Shown here one piece after another: positions 29,022 through 38,747 of a stretch of 64,000 nucleotides of DNA. The position numbers and the translations under genes are program-made. How positions within the stretch are numbered: position 1 is the stretch's first letter; the number at the start of each line of letters is the position of its first letter. Source of the DNA: a virus (Duplodnaviria; Caudoviricetes); the IMG/VR virus record IMGVR_UViG_2687453780_000005, positions 32,001-96,000 of that record; one strand, written 5' to 3'. A model generated the notes under the pieces. That model worked only from the letters and a program-made list of their open reading frames with translations. It ran no database searches and was not told the origin of the DNA.

Positions 29022-30692
29022 ATGTCAAATTATTATAATTATAGGGAAGTTAAAGTGATGATCGCCCATAGGTTGATGGCACTTGATGGTTGGAAAGTAT
29101 ATGACTATTCACCGGATCAGTCAGACAGTATGACAGACTATTATTGTCCTGCCACTTGGGGCGGTGTTGCAGAAAAGAACGGATATGTCCTTTGTGTTGA
29201 CGTTTACGGAGCAAGGGAACCACAGGAAATTAGAAAATACAATCATACAGATTTTTCATATGATAGAAACATAGCAGACAAAATCAAGAAGCTGGAGGCA
29301 ATGACAGTTGAGCGAGGCGCATCTGAAGCAGAAGCGGAAAGTGCAATAGTAATGATTGAACGATTGCAGAAGAAATCAGAAGCAGCAACAGAGAATAAAG
29401 AGAAATATGTAGTTGTTGGTATGATACCAGGACACCAGGCACACCCGAATAAATGTAACTGGCACATAGAAAAAGATGGTATTATTATTGCAAAGGGTAA
29501 CGGGATTCTGAAATATAGTGAAGTTGATTCATATTTCAGTCATGAAAATTACACCAAAGATATGCAGAACTTTAAAAAACAGTCCAAAGATGAGTATATA
29601 AAAAAGAATGTTGATGATTTAATTTATCATAGATATTATTCAGACATTGAAAAGGCTACTAAATCAGCAGAAAGCCACTATGACGACATGATAAATAAAA
29701 GCAAATTAGTGGATCAGTTTAATACATTTATTAATAAGCTAGATACCACTTGCGGAGGTCTTCTTGGAGAAGGTGACGGTACTATATATGAAAAAGTTAT
29801 CGTTACAGAATACAAGAACGAAACAAAGGCCGTAGAAGTGGAGACTGGAGAAATTAAAGAGGGTCAATGTTTTATTCTAAAAACCAGTTTTATGTATGGA
29901 AAATATAAGGGTCTTGTTTACCGCATTCATGAAAGAAAAACGGAAAACGGATCTTATTTTTATGCTTATAAACTCAATGGAAAACTTACAAAAGAGTGTA
30001 CCGGAAGCGCCTCAAGTAATAACAAATGGGGAAGTTTTGGAGAAAGGTTTTTAAAGTGGATTGAAACAGGAGCTATTTCATGGTGTGAACTTAAGGAAGT
30101 AAAAACACCATATGAAGTGGAAAAGGTGGTTAAAAAGTCCATTGGCAATAGCAAGGTGGAGACAAAGAAAAAAGAAACCGCAACTACTACCTCAGAAGGA
30201 GAAGAACAGAGGGTAACTATTTCAACTACGTATACCTATGATATCTCAGAAGACATTGACACAAGAGACAATTCTAATATTTGGGTTGTAAAGGTAAAAG
30301 AGTCATTAAGCAGAGAAGAGTATAAACAGCTTAACCAATCAATGAACGATATAGGCGGATATTATTCACGCTTTAAGCATGGATTTATATTTAAAGAAAA
30401 TCCAGAAGTTTTGTTAAACGTTGAGACGGTTGCAAAGGCCGATGATCCAACAGAAAGTAACCAAGAAGAGAAGAAGGGACCAGAAAAACAGAAACCCGCC
30501 ATTGAATACGATATTACGGAAGATAAAAGTCCATCAGGTAAAATCAACTATTTACTAAAAATCAAAAATGAATTATCTAAAGATGATTTTTCAGAAGTCA
30601 AGCGTAAATTTGCGAAGATACAAGGGTATCATAGCAGCCAAAAGGACGGTTTTATATTCAAGTACAATCCAGCAGAAAAATTGATTATATAG
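29022..30692 (+). CDS. Polyvalent-type phage protein (DSMTDY motif, duplicated C-terminal module)
   Basis: DQSDSMTDYY; KIKKLEAMTVERGASEAEAESA; two GY(Y/H)S...GFIF repeats. Confidence 0.6.
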   Translation: MSNYYNYREVKVMIAHRLMALDGWKVYDYSPDQSDSMTDYYCPATWGGVAEKNGYVLCVDVYGAREPQEIRKYNHTDFSYDRNIADKIKKLEAMTVERGASEAEAESAIVMIERLQKKSEAATENKEKYVVVGMIPGHQAHPNKCNWHIEKDGIIIAKGNGILKYSEVDSYFSHENYTKDMQNFKKQSKDEYIKKNVDDLIYHRYYSDIEKATKSAESHYDDMINKSKLVDQFNTFINKLDTTCGGLLGEGDGTIYEKVIVTEYKNETKAVEVETGEIKEGQCFILKTSFMYGKYKGLVYRIHERKTENGSYFYAYKLNGKLTKECTGSASSNNKWGSFGERFLKWIETGAISWCELKEVKTPYEVEKVVKKSIGNSKVETKKKETATTTSEGEEQRVTISTTYTYDISEDIDTRDNSNIWVVKVKESLSREEYKQLNQSMNDIGGYYSRFKHGFIFKENPEVLLNVETVAKADDPTESNQEEKKGPEKQKPAIEYDITEDKSPSGKINYLLKIKNELSKDDFSEVKRKFAKIQGYHSSQKDGFIFKYNPAEKLII

Positions 30693-30698
30693 GAGTGA

Positions 30699-32351
30699 AT
30701 GACAATGTTTATATCAAATGCAGATTTTTACCCAACGCCAGGGCATCTTATTGAAAAGATGCTCTTTTCTTTGGACTTTAACAGGATCAAAAGTATCTTG
30801 GAGCCAGAGGCCGGGAAAGGGGACATAGTAGAAAGATTAAAGGAAAAAGAAAAGTCTATGTCTGACCGTTGGCAGAAGGTTTCCTTTGACATCGATTGCG
30901 TAGAGCAAGACGAAAATTTACGTCATATTCTCAAAGGTAAAGGATATCGGCTTGTACACAATGATTTTTTAACCTATGAGACTATGAAAGAATATGACCT
31001 TATAATCATGAATCCTCCTTTCTCTAATGGCTGTAAGCACCTTTTAAAAGCCTTAGAAATGCAGAAACGGAACGGCGGTGCTATTGTTTGTTTACTTAAT
31101 GCTGAAACGCTTAAAAATCAGTGTAATAATGATCGGATAATGCTTACTAGGCTGTTAGAGGAATACAATTCAGATATTGAGTATATAAAAAATGCATTTA
31201 CCGATGCAGAGCGAAAGACAGGCGTTGAAGTTGCCTTAATAAAGGTGCAGCTTCCAGTGGTCAAAAGACAATCATTCATCTTTGACGGACTTAAAAGGGC
31301 ACAGGAACAAAGAGAGTGTGAACAAGCAGAAAGCGCCTATTTGGCTGAAAATGATTTGTTTAAATCTATAGTGGGGCAATACAAATTAGAGGTAGAAGCA
31401 GGCATAAAACTGATAAAAGAATACTACGCTATGTATCCTTATATTATGACTTCTTTCGGTAAAGATGAAAAAACTGGCGAGACAGTTCAGAAGGGCGGAT
31501 GTATCCTGGATCTTGATTTGTCAATAAATACTGACAAATACAAAAGTGGTTTGTCTGTAAATGGCTATATCCGGGAAGTACGTGGCAAATACTGGACAGC
31601 GTTATTCCAAAATGAAAAATTTATTGGGCAGCTCACCGGAAACTTGCGGCAAGATTTTTATAATAGACTTGAAGATTTAAAAGACTATGACTTCTCTTTG
31701 TATAATATTTATGAATTAAAAATTGAGATGCAGAAGAAAGTAGTGACCGGGATAGAAGATACTATTATAGCTTTATTTGATGAACTAAGCCATAAACACT
31801 ATTGGGATAAAGATACTTCTAGCAACATTCACTATTATAACGGCTGGAAGACAAATAAAAGCTGGTTTATTAATGAAAAGGTTATTATTCCATTATCCGG
31901 TTGGGATTCAATATGGAACCAATTCAGGATTAACGATTATCAGATTGTAGAGAAGTTGCAAGATATTGAAAAATGTTTCAACTATCTTGACGGTGGATTA
32001 ACTGAGGCCATAGATCTAAAGGAAACGTTGGAGTTTTCTCAAGAATATGGAGAAACAAGAAATATCACGTTGAAGTATTTCAACATAACATTTTACAAAA
32101 AGGGAACTTGTCACATTATATTTACCAATCCTGAACTTTTAAAAAAGTTCAATATTTTTGGATCACAGAAGAAAGGCTGGCTCCCTCCTTCTTATGGCAA
32201 GAAGAAATATAAAGACATGACAGCGGAAGAAAAAACCGTTGTGAACGAATTTGAGGGAGAAAAAGAGTATGCCAAGGTAATGAATAACACAAAGTATTAT
32301 TTGTTTGATGGAGACAGAAGCATGAACTTGCTAGAAGATAAAACAGCATAA
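30699..32351 (+). CDS. N6-adenine DNA methyltransferase, DUF4942-type
   Basis: DFYPTP, LEPEAGKG, IIMNPPF, YFNITFYKKGTCHI. Confidence 0.88.
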   Translation: MTMFISNADFYPTPGHLIEKMLFSLDFNRIKSILEPEAGKGDIVERLKEKEKSMSDRWQKVSFDIDCVEQDENLRHILKGKGYRLVHNDFLTYETMKEYDLIIMNPPFSNGCKHLLKALEMQKRNGGAIVCLLNAETLKNQCNNDRIMLTRLLEEYNSDIEYIKNAFTDAERKTGVEVALIKVQLPVVKRQSFIFDGLKRAQEQRECEQAESAYLAENDLFKSIVGQYKLEVEAGIKLIKEYYAMYPYIMTSFGKDEKTGETVQKGGCILDLDLSINTDKYKSGLSVNGYIREVRGKYWTALFQNEKFIGQLTGNLRQDFYNRLEDLKDYDFSLYNIYELKIEMQKKVVTGIEDTIIALFDELSHKHYWDKDTSSNIHYYNGWKTNKSWFINEKVIIPLSGWDSIWNQFRINDYQIVEKLQDIEKCFNYLDGGLTEAIDLKETLEFSQEYGETRNITLKYFNITFYKKGTCHIIFTNPELLKKFNIFGSQKKGWLPPSYGKKKYKDMTAEEKTVVNEFEGEKEYAKVMNNTKYYLFDGDRSMNLLEDKTA

Positions 32352-32396
32352 AGAAATGAAAAGTAAGTTTCATTTGAGGATTGGAGGCCCAATAAT

Positions 32397-32702
32397 ATGG
32401 AAGTAAACAACTTATCACAGTTAAAGAAAACAATCGCAGAGGGTAAAGAATTTATCATTAAAGACCATAGAATAAAGGAATTTATAGGACAGAGGCGTAA
32501 AGGCAACGTAATACAGACCAATGCAGTATATTTGGTTGTTCCTGGCGAACCTGACAACAAAGTGTCTCAGGCAAATGGAAAGCGTGGTAGCTTCCTAGAA
32601 TATGGTAAAGCTTCAGCGTGGGAATTCAATAATAGTTTGTGTACACTTTATAACGGAGAACATAAACCGGAAAATCTGGTGATGTCCTTCGTTTTTGAAT
32701 GA
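32397..32702 (+). CDS. Hypothetical protein
   Basis: GGAGG RBS, 101 aa. Confidence 0.65.
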   Translation: MEVNNLSQLKKTIAEGKEFIIKDHRIKEFIGQRRKGNVIQTNAVYLVVPGEPDNKVSQANGKRGSFLEYGKASAWEFNNSLCTLYNGEHKPENLVMSFVFE

Positions 32703-32716
32703 TTGGAGGAATTAGA

Positions 32717-33193
32717 ATGATAAAATATAAAATGACAATTAATACAGACAAATATGTTTGTAGAAGATGCAGTAAGAAGAATTGGGAACCAGGTACAAGG
32801 AACGATTATATGCTTGCCATTAATGGTATTACAAGAACATTAAACAGTATGAAAGAGGTAATGTGGCAATTAGAATTATTTCGCGGAAATTCGTTTCTTT
32901 CTTCTGAATATGACGAAGAAAAGAACAAAGAAGAGAACTTTCACTTGTCGGATAAATATGTTGCATTTTTGAAAAAGAATACAATAACATATCATGATAG
33001 ATTGTGCGGATTTGATAGAACACAATATTTGTCAGGATACGGGTGGATGCAAGGCTATTTTTGCATAGGCAATGTTTTGAGGGAATTAAAAGAAAATGGA
33101 TCAGTTAAAGTACCTTTTGAATGGCTTTATGATATGAGGCAGTACTATAAAGGTATGAATGGTTGTTATATGGAAATTAAAAGAGTCAGTTAA
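32717..33193 (+). CDS. Hypothetical protein
   Basis: GGAGG RBS before ATG 32717. Confidence 0.65.
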   Translation: MIKYKMTINTDKYVCRRCSKKNWEPGTRNDYMLAINGITRTLNSMKEVMWQLELFRGNSFLSSEYDEEKNKEENFHLSDKYVAFLKKNTITYHDRLCGFDRTQYLSGYGWMQGYFCIGNVLRELKENGSVKVPFEWLYDMRQYYKGMNGCYMEIKRVS

Positions 33194-33242
33194 AAGACGA
33201 ATCAGGTTAAAAACGCAATTTCAAGTGAAGATGGAGGAAAAT

Positions 33243-33527
33243 ATGGTTAATATGAATATGAAAATTTTAGATGTAACTCATGCTGTGTTAGATTACCGGG
33301 CATATATTATTTCTGATAACATAGTGACGAATAAAATTGATATGTCTAAATTCGATAAAGATAAATTGACATTTGAATATTATTGTTCTTTACCGCTTCC
33401 TGATGGGATGAATAAGAACCACTCTGATTTTCAGAGAATTTTAAACTATAAGAATTGGGAACGGCTTACAGAATTAGACAATACAGAAGAAAAGGACTTG
33501 TGTCGTTATGTTTGGAAAATTGAATGA
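33243..33527 (+). CDS. Hypothetical protein
   Basis: GGAGG RBS before ATG 33243. Confidence 0.6.
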   Translation: MVNMNMKILDVTHAVLDYRAYIISDNIVTNKIDMSKFDKDKLTFEYYCSLPLPDGMNKNHSDFQRILNYKNWERLTELDNTEEKDLCRYVWKIE

Positions 33528-33559
33528 TGTCTTTCATTAGAAATCTGGAGGTTGATTTT

Positions 33560-33796
33560 ATGAAAAGAAAAACATATAACAATGTCCTTAAAGCTGGAAA
33601 TCTTATTCAGAAAAAAGGATATGACGAAAAAGAAGCATTGGAACTTGCAGTAAGATTATTTGATAATTTACCAAAAGGGAAGGACGTTGAATTTATAATT
33701 GATAAGGTAGCGACTAAAGAAAAGTGGTTAGATGATCAACGGAAATATGGATATTTATTTCAGGGTGGTATGAAAAGTTATCCATCTGGATATTAG
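33560..33796 (+). CDS. Hypothetical protein
   Basis: GGAGG RBS before MKRKTYNN. Confidence 0.6.
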   Translation: MKRKTYNNVLKAGNLIQKKGYDEKEALELAVRLFDNLPKGKDVEFIIDKVATKEKWLDDQRKYGYLFQGGMKSYPSGY

Positions 33797-33881
33797 GATG
33801 AAATGCACGTTTGATGGTGAGCGATCGAAGAATATTTAACCGGTTGCTTTTATTATGCTCAAAATCAAGAAGGAGATTGTA

Positions 33882-34268
33882 ATGGAGAAGTTTACAAATA
33901 AAGATCTGGAAATTATCAGCAATGGTTTATTATGCCTTATTGGGAATGCAGCGAAGGCAAAGGAGCTTGTGCTTGATAGCGCTTCACTGAATAGCATTGA
34001 TGAATATATGAGAACTTTACAGGTGCTTAATTCAAAGGTTTGCAGATTTGACAGAAGTGAAGGTTATGATAAAACTGAGAAAAATATGCTGAAACATGAG
34101 CATGAACCATTATGTTGCCTAAATTGTAGATTTTATGATAAGAACGATCAGATCAATGCTTTTGGTACATGTGAGCCACAAGATGAGGATTTTCATTGTA
34201 CGTATGAGTGCAACTTATCTCAAGAGGAAATTAAAGAATTGGAAGGCCTCACGGGACACAGTAGATAA
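33882..34268 (+). CDS. Hypothetical protein with Cys-rich C-terminus
   Basis: AAGGAG RBS; CCxxC...C...C...C. Confidence 0.6.
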   Translation: MEKFTNKDLEIISNGLLCLIGNAAKAKELVLDSASLNSIDEYMRTLQVLNSKVCRFDRSEGYDKTEKNMLKHEHEPLCCLNCRFYDKNDQINAFGTCEPQDEDFHCTYECNLSQEEIKELEGLTGHSR

Positions 34269-34317
34269 CATGAAATACATGATTTAACGGTTTATAGACC
34301 AGAAGGGAATTGATAAT

Positions 34318-34518
34318 ATGAAAAAATTATGGGCTAGGCTAGGTGTGATTTTTGAAGTAAACGACGAGGACTACAAATTGATTGATAAGGCAATGAAAAA
34401 TAAAGATAATATAAAAGTAAGGGAAATTTTATCAAACAGTAAAAACTATGTTGGTGGAGATAGTTATTTTCCGTCTGACTGTGAAGACAATCCAAACGAG
34501 GAAGAGTATGATTTCTAA
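34318..34518 (+). CDS. Hypothetical protein
   Basis: ORF track, RBS present. Confidence 0.6.
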   Translation: MKKLWARLGVIFEVNDEDYKLIDKAMKNKDNIKVREILSNSKNYVGGDSYFPSDCEDNPNEEEYDF

Positions 34519-34569
34519 AATCAAATTGTAAATCGATAGTCTTTTTAAAAAGCCAGAAAGAGGGTAATT

Positions 34570-34773
34570 ATGAAAATAAATATTAGAGGTAAAGAAACAA
34601 GCAACGGTACATTGGAAAAGGTTAAATTTGACACAGAAAAGAAAGTATATATGACTGGTAAATATAATGTTATCGGTGGAGATATTCTCATACAGGCAAC
34701 GTCAAATAAGGAAGTAAAGGACATTATAAAAGATTTAAAAATACAAGGTTTTCAATTAGTAGATGAATTGTAA
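34570..34773 (+). CDS. Hypothetical protein
   Basis: ORF track, RBS present. Confidence 0.6.
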   Translation: MKINIRGKETSNGTLEKVKFDTEKKVYMTGKYNVIGGDILIQATSNKEVKDIIKDLKIQGFQLVDEL

Positions 34774-34809
34774 TAGCAAATCAAAAATAGAATTGAAGGG
34801 AGCACGGAT

Positions 34810-35067
34810 TATAAGAAACAATATATCACTTATATCTGTGAAAAGTGTAATAAGGAATCTAGGAACGCAAACGATATAGAAGAGTGTGAAGCAGGACATT
34901 TAGGACTTACGATTGACGAAAAATTAAAGTATGATGCTCTACAAGAAATTGTTAGAAGACGAAGCTATACTGTTAGCGTAACCAAAAATGAAAAGACTGA
35001 TAAAGAATTTGAAGATGCAATTATTGAAATCCTTGCGTTTGAAAGAAAGCATGGAATAATCAAGTAG
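34810..35067 (+). pseudogene. Zn-ribbon ORF lacking an in-frame start codon
   Basis: GGGAG RBS then ATTATAAGAAA (looks like ATG AAG with the G lost); frame KKQYITYICEKC...CEAGH...KHGIIK*. Confidence 0.45.
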
Positions 35068-35133
35068 CTACATGAAAGACAGGTTTCAATCCTATAGTTA
35101 TCGGTAAGCTTAAACCGTTAGAGAGGTGAGAAT

Positions 35134-35364
35134 ATGGATAGTCATTTAGCAGTACATTTTTATTCATTGAAAACAGGGGCTTATTGCGGAGAGGGATTTT
35201 TAATGCCAAATATGGATTTTTTTGAAACAGTATATGTACCAAAACATTTTCCAGAAGCCATTAAAATAGATACCAATAAATACAAAATTGATGATGGACA
35301 ATATATTTGTTGTGAACCATCATTTATGGCACACATTTTAAAGGCGAAAGAGAGGGAAATGTAA
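35134..35364 (+). CDS. Hypothetical protein
   Basis: GAGGTG RBS. Confidence 0.6.
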   Translation: MDSHLAVHFYSLKTGAYCGEGFLMPNMDFFETVYVPKHFPEAIKIDTNKYKIDDGQYICCEPSFMAHILKAKEREM

Positions 35365-35714
35365 TGATCAAATGCAGCTATAAATTAAATGATGTATATG
35401 TTGATGGTTATGGATATGAACACTATATATCAAATAAGGAATTACTTATAGAAAAGTGTTGTAATCTTGAAGTAGGGGAAGGCTTTGACTGGAATGAATT
35501 TGACGATGGCGAAGTATTAACTAGTTATAGGGTTGATAAAATCGAATGGCACGACTCAGTGGTTATATTAATTGGAGGATACGGAGGATTCACATTAAGT
35601 TGTTATTGTGAAAGTGAAAAATGTTGTGATAAATATGATATCACTGAAACGATTAAAGAATTTTTCGATAACAGAGTTATAGATAGTGATGAAATTATTT
35701 TAATTAGTAAATAA
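35364..35714 (+). CDS. Hypothetical protein
   Basis: TAATG translational coupling. Confidence 0.6.
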   Translation: MIKCSYKLNDVYVDGYGYEHYISNKELLIEKCCNLEVGEGFDWNEFDDGEVLTSYRVDKIEWHDSVVILIGGYGGFTLSCYCESEKCCDKYDITETIKEFFDNRVIDSDEIILISK

Positions 35715-35724
35715 GGAGGATTCT

Positions 35725-35961
35725 ATGGTAAATACAATCAATGACTATGATAATTCATACAGTTATCAGCGCCTGAAACGGCGTAAGCAACGTAGAAATA
35801 CAATCATATGGCAGCGAGTCATGGGAAGCATTTTAATTGTGCTTTCTATTTTTATACCTTATTTACTATCAGACCAGGATGGAAACGGTGCTATTGCACT
35901 TATAGCGTTAATTATAAGCGTAGTATTATTTACACAAACGGGAGGATATGAGCACAAATGA
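35725..35961 (+). CDS. Small two-TM membrane protein
   Basis: Basic patch followed by two hydrophobic helices. Confidence 0.65.
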   Translation: MVNTINDYDNSYSYQRLKRRKQRRNTIIWQRVMGSILIVLSIFIPYLLSDQDGNGAIALIALIISVVLFTQTGGYEHK

Positions 35962-36084
35962 AATTTTATTATGAACTAGATAAAGATGGGCAAATCAAAA
36001 TGTCTATAAATGGAAAGTACATAGGTACATTCAGTAATTTCACAGAAATATATGCTTTACATACTCTTATTTGAAAAATACATA

Positions 36085-36224
36085 GCCTTGTCGGTGATCT
36101 GGAAGGATAGATCGTGCTGCAAAAGTAAACAAGGCATTCCCGGCAGTCTGAAAGTGATTGCTGCTTACCACAGATAATTAGTGGTTGACCTGGCGTAAGC
36201 CACTAACCGCACATAATTAGCGGT
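36085..36224 (+). ncRNA. Compact multi-hairpin RNA element
   Basis: GCCTTGT/ACAAGGC, GATCT/AGATC, GGCAGTC/GATTGCT, TTAGTGGTT/AGCCACTAA stems in a GC-richer intergenic island. Confidence 0.45.
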
Positions 36225-36249
36225 ATATTATTTATAGGAGGTGTTTCGT

Positions 36250-36441
36250 ATGGAATATAGAGAATTAGAGCAATGTGAGGATTTTGACAAGCTGGAAGCA
36301 GTGTTTGACGATAATATGCTTAACTATTATGAAAAGCAGCTAGAAGGCTATTTGAGCGGATCAGAGGAGCGGCCGGTGGTTGCTTGTTGGTGGGAAGGTG
36401 CCATGAGTACAGAGGACTTTATAGAAATGTATGTATCTTAA
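36250..36441 (+). CDS. Hypothetical protein
   Basis: GGAGGTG RBS. Confidence 0.6.
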   Translation: MEYRELEQCEDFDKLEAVFDDNMLNYYEKQLEGYLSGSEERPVVACWWEGAMSTEDFIEMYVS

Positions 36442-36514
36442 TGGAAAAAATTGGTAGTTAATTGTTAAGGAATAGATTGTATAATTAAGAAAAAACTACC
36501 AAGGAGAAGGTGCT

Positions 36515-36958
36515 ATGAGAGTAGTAAGAACACTTGAGTATATTTACAATAAAGATTTAAACAATTATCTAGCATTAAAATTTGCTTATGCTTCCAATAA
36601 GGGGATGGAAGTGGAAATTGAGCTTACAGAACCAATTATTGATCTACTTATTGAATTTAAGGATTATAAAAAAATCTTAGACAAGGCATTCAAGTATGCA
36701 TTTAGAACAGTTAAAAAGTGTGATGAAAAGAAACTAGTTTTTTGCATGTTTTATAATTATGGTCATTTATATTTGGCTATAATTTATCCTGCTTTTACTA
36801 AAACGGATAGAATGGTATTTGCGAAAGATATTGAAAAAAAGATGTATCGAGTTATAAAAAAATATGAAAACGTTCATCAACATATTGTAAATGAGAAATC
36901 TAAAATTGCACATCAAATAGCAATAGCATGTAACGATCAGGATATAGTTTTTTATTAA
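36515..36958 (+). CDS. Degenerate GHKL/HATPase-like domain protein
   Basis: LALKFAYASNKGMEVEIELTEPI...YKKILDKAFKYA resembles AgrC-type kinase C-terminus without the N-box Asn. Confidence 0.45.
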   Translation: MRVVRTLEYIYNKDLNNYLALKFAYASNKGMEVEIELTEPIIDLLIEFKDYKKILDKAFKYAFRTVKKCDEKKLVFCMFYNYGHLYLAIIYPAFTKTDRMVFAKDIEKKMYRVIKKYENVHQHIVNEKSKIAHQIAIACNDQDIVFY

Positions 36959-37026
36959 AGAGGAACCTTTGGGCTCCTTTTTTAGTGGGTAAAATTAATA
37001 TTTTGGTAAGAAGAGGAGAAAATGAT

Positions 37027-37218
37027 ATGAGCATTAAATCTAATAGTAAAAGAAAAGAAGTTATTCGTTTAATATTGCAGGAAGGTTTTCTTCCACTGAA
37101 TATGCAAATTATAAGAGAAGATTCAGATTTCAGAGCAGCCATGTACGAGATGATAGCGGAAGGCACGTTAAGATTTAGGAATTGTGAGGGTGCTGCCGTT
37201 GAATTAAATGAGGCGTAG
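37027..37218 (+). CDS. Hypothetical protein
   Basis: GAGGAG RBS. Confidence 0.55.
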   Translation: MSIKSNSKRKEVIRLILQEGFLPLNMQIIREDSDFRAAMYEMIAEGTLRFRNCEGAAVELNEA

Positions 37219-37234
37219 TTGAAAGGAGAAAATA

Positions 37235-37426
37235 ATGAACAAATATAACGTGCAAGTAATATTAAGACCTGTAAGGACAGATTTGGGTAGAGGAAGTAGG
37301 CGATTAAATATTATATTTGATGCTAAATCAAAAGAAGAAGCAGAAGATTTTGGAAAACAATATTTTGAAGGATTTTTACGTGATGGCGTTGAAATTATAA
37401 CTAACGCCACTATCACAACTGGGTAA
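37235..37426 (+). CDS. Hypothetical protein
   Basis: AAGGAG RBS. Confidence 0.6.
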   Translation: MNKYNVQVILRPVRTDLGRGSRRLNIIFDAKSKEEAEDFGKQYFEGFLRDGVEIITNATITTG

Positions 37427-37490
37427 GTGAGATGCTACTGAATCAAAAGATATTCAGTTAAAAGAGATATTTTATAGAAAGGATTAAAAT

Positions 37491-37676
37491 ATGTGCAAAG
37501 ATTGTTATTTTGTGGATAAAGGGGAAGATGGAAGATTTCTCTGTACGTGTGAATCTAGCGAGAAACTTTATAAATACGTATCAGATATTTTTGTTTGTGA
37601 TGAGTATGTAACAAAAATCGCACATGATTATAGGACAATGAATCCATTTGAATTTGCATCAAAGTATTATGGATAA
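37491..37676 (+). CDS. Small Cys-rich protein
   Basis: CxxC...CxC...C. Confidence 0.6.
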   Translation: MCKDCYFVDKGEDGRFLCTCESSEKLYKYVSDIFVCDEYVTKIAHDYRTMNPFEFASKYYG

Positions 37677-37701
37677 AAACAAGATTTGATCTTGAAGAGA
37701 G

Positions 37702-37938
37702 GTGACTACAATGTCGTTTTATTTTCCGATGATATCAAGCGATATCGAGAGAAAAGAATATAAGCAGAGGGTAGATGAAAAACTAGAAGATCTTTATGAG
37801 GATCTAAAATGGTTGATACATTGGGAAGATACTTTTAATTCAGAGGTTAGTTTTTATAGAGATGAAAACATGGTATCTGATTATACATATTTAAAAAATG
37901 TAATTGATAAAATATTAAAAAGGAGAATAAAAAAATGA
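37702..37938 (+). CDS. Hypothetical protein
   Basis: ORF track; GAGGTG RBS near ATG 37711. Confidence 0.55.
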   Translation: MTTMSFYFPMISSDIERKEYKQRVDEKLEDLYEDLKWLIHWEDTFNSEVSFYRDENMVSDYTYLKNVIDKILKRRIKK

Positions 37939-38267
37939 GCAAATTAAGAGTGTGGTGGATTCCACAGATAGGTATTAAAGAGACATTTTATATCCCAGTA
38001 AACACACCGGAGGAAGGGAAGAAATTTTTAGATGCCTTGGCTGCATATGACGCTTTTCAGTTGCAGAATAATGTAAAACCAGATTATTGCAACGTCGGAG
38101 GGCTACAGATGTTTGATGAAAGCGAACAGGAATGGAATGATTGGTGCCTAGAGTACTACGATGATGTAGATGATTATTGTGAATCAAAAGATTGTCAACT
38201 AAGAGAAGAGCTGACACGGTTTAATCAGGAATTATTTGAACAAATTGATTGGAACAGATGCAAATAA
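37935..38267 (+). CDS. P22 gp17-like (annotated superinfection exclusion) protein
   Basis: KLRVWWIPQ...EEG...DALAAYDAFQ...KPDYCNVGGLQMF pattern. Confidence 0.65.
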   Translation: MSKLRVWWIPQIGIKETFYIPVNTPEEGKKFLDALAAYDAFQLQNNVKPDYCNVGGLQMFDESEQEWNDWCLEYYDDVDDYCESKDCQLREELTRFNQELFEQIDWNRCK

Positions 38268-38298
38268 ATCCACAATTTAAAGCAGGAAAGGATAACAC

Positions 38299-38538
38299 AT
38301 GAATAAGAAATTTTACGAATATTCAAATGCGTCTAGATATCCGACTGTAAATGAAGTTGTATCTCCTCATTGTCCTACTGGTGAAGACGATCCTGTTACA
38401 TTTCTAGCATATGCAGAAGGTAGGAAAGCAGCTTTTTATCTGGCTATGGCTCATATTTACGATGGGAAGCCTCTACAAAGGTTCTATGGAGAATATAATG
38501 GTGAGAATTACCACGGAGAGGTATCGTGTGTAATGTAA
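38299..38538 (+). CDS. Hypothetical protein
   Basis: ORF flanked by junction sites 38265 and 38540. Confidence 0.6.
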   Translation: MNKKFYEYSNASRYPTVNEVVSPHCPTGEDDPVTFLAYAEGRKAAFYLAMAHIYDGKPLQRFYGEYNGENYHGEVSCVM

Positions 38539-38747
38539 ATGAAATCAGGATTTTAAAGGAGGTTTAAATGAAAATTGGAAAAGTAGACTTATCACCGCTA
38601 TATGACTACTTGAATGGAAGCCAAATCGAGGGAGAAAGAGTAGTAGTTTATGACAACAGCAACGCTAAACATGTGTGGAACTATAGGGGTGGTAAATATA
38701 TAACCGAATAAACCGAGATTAGTCGGAATAAATACGGAGGTAAAACA

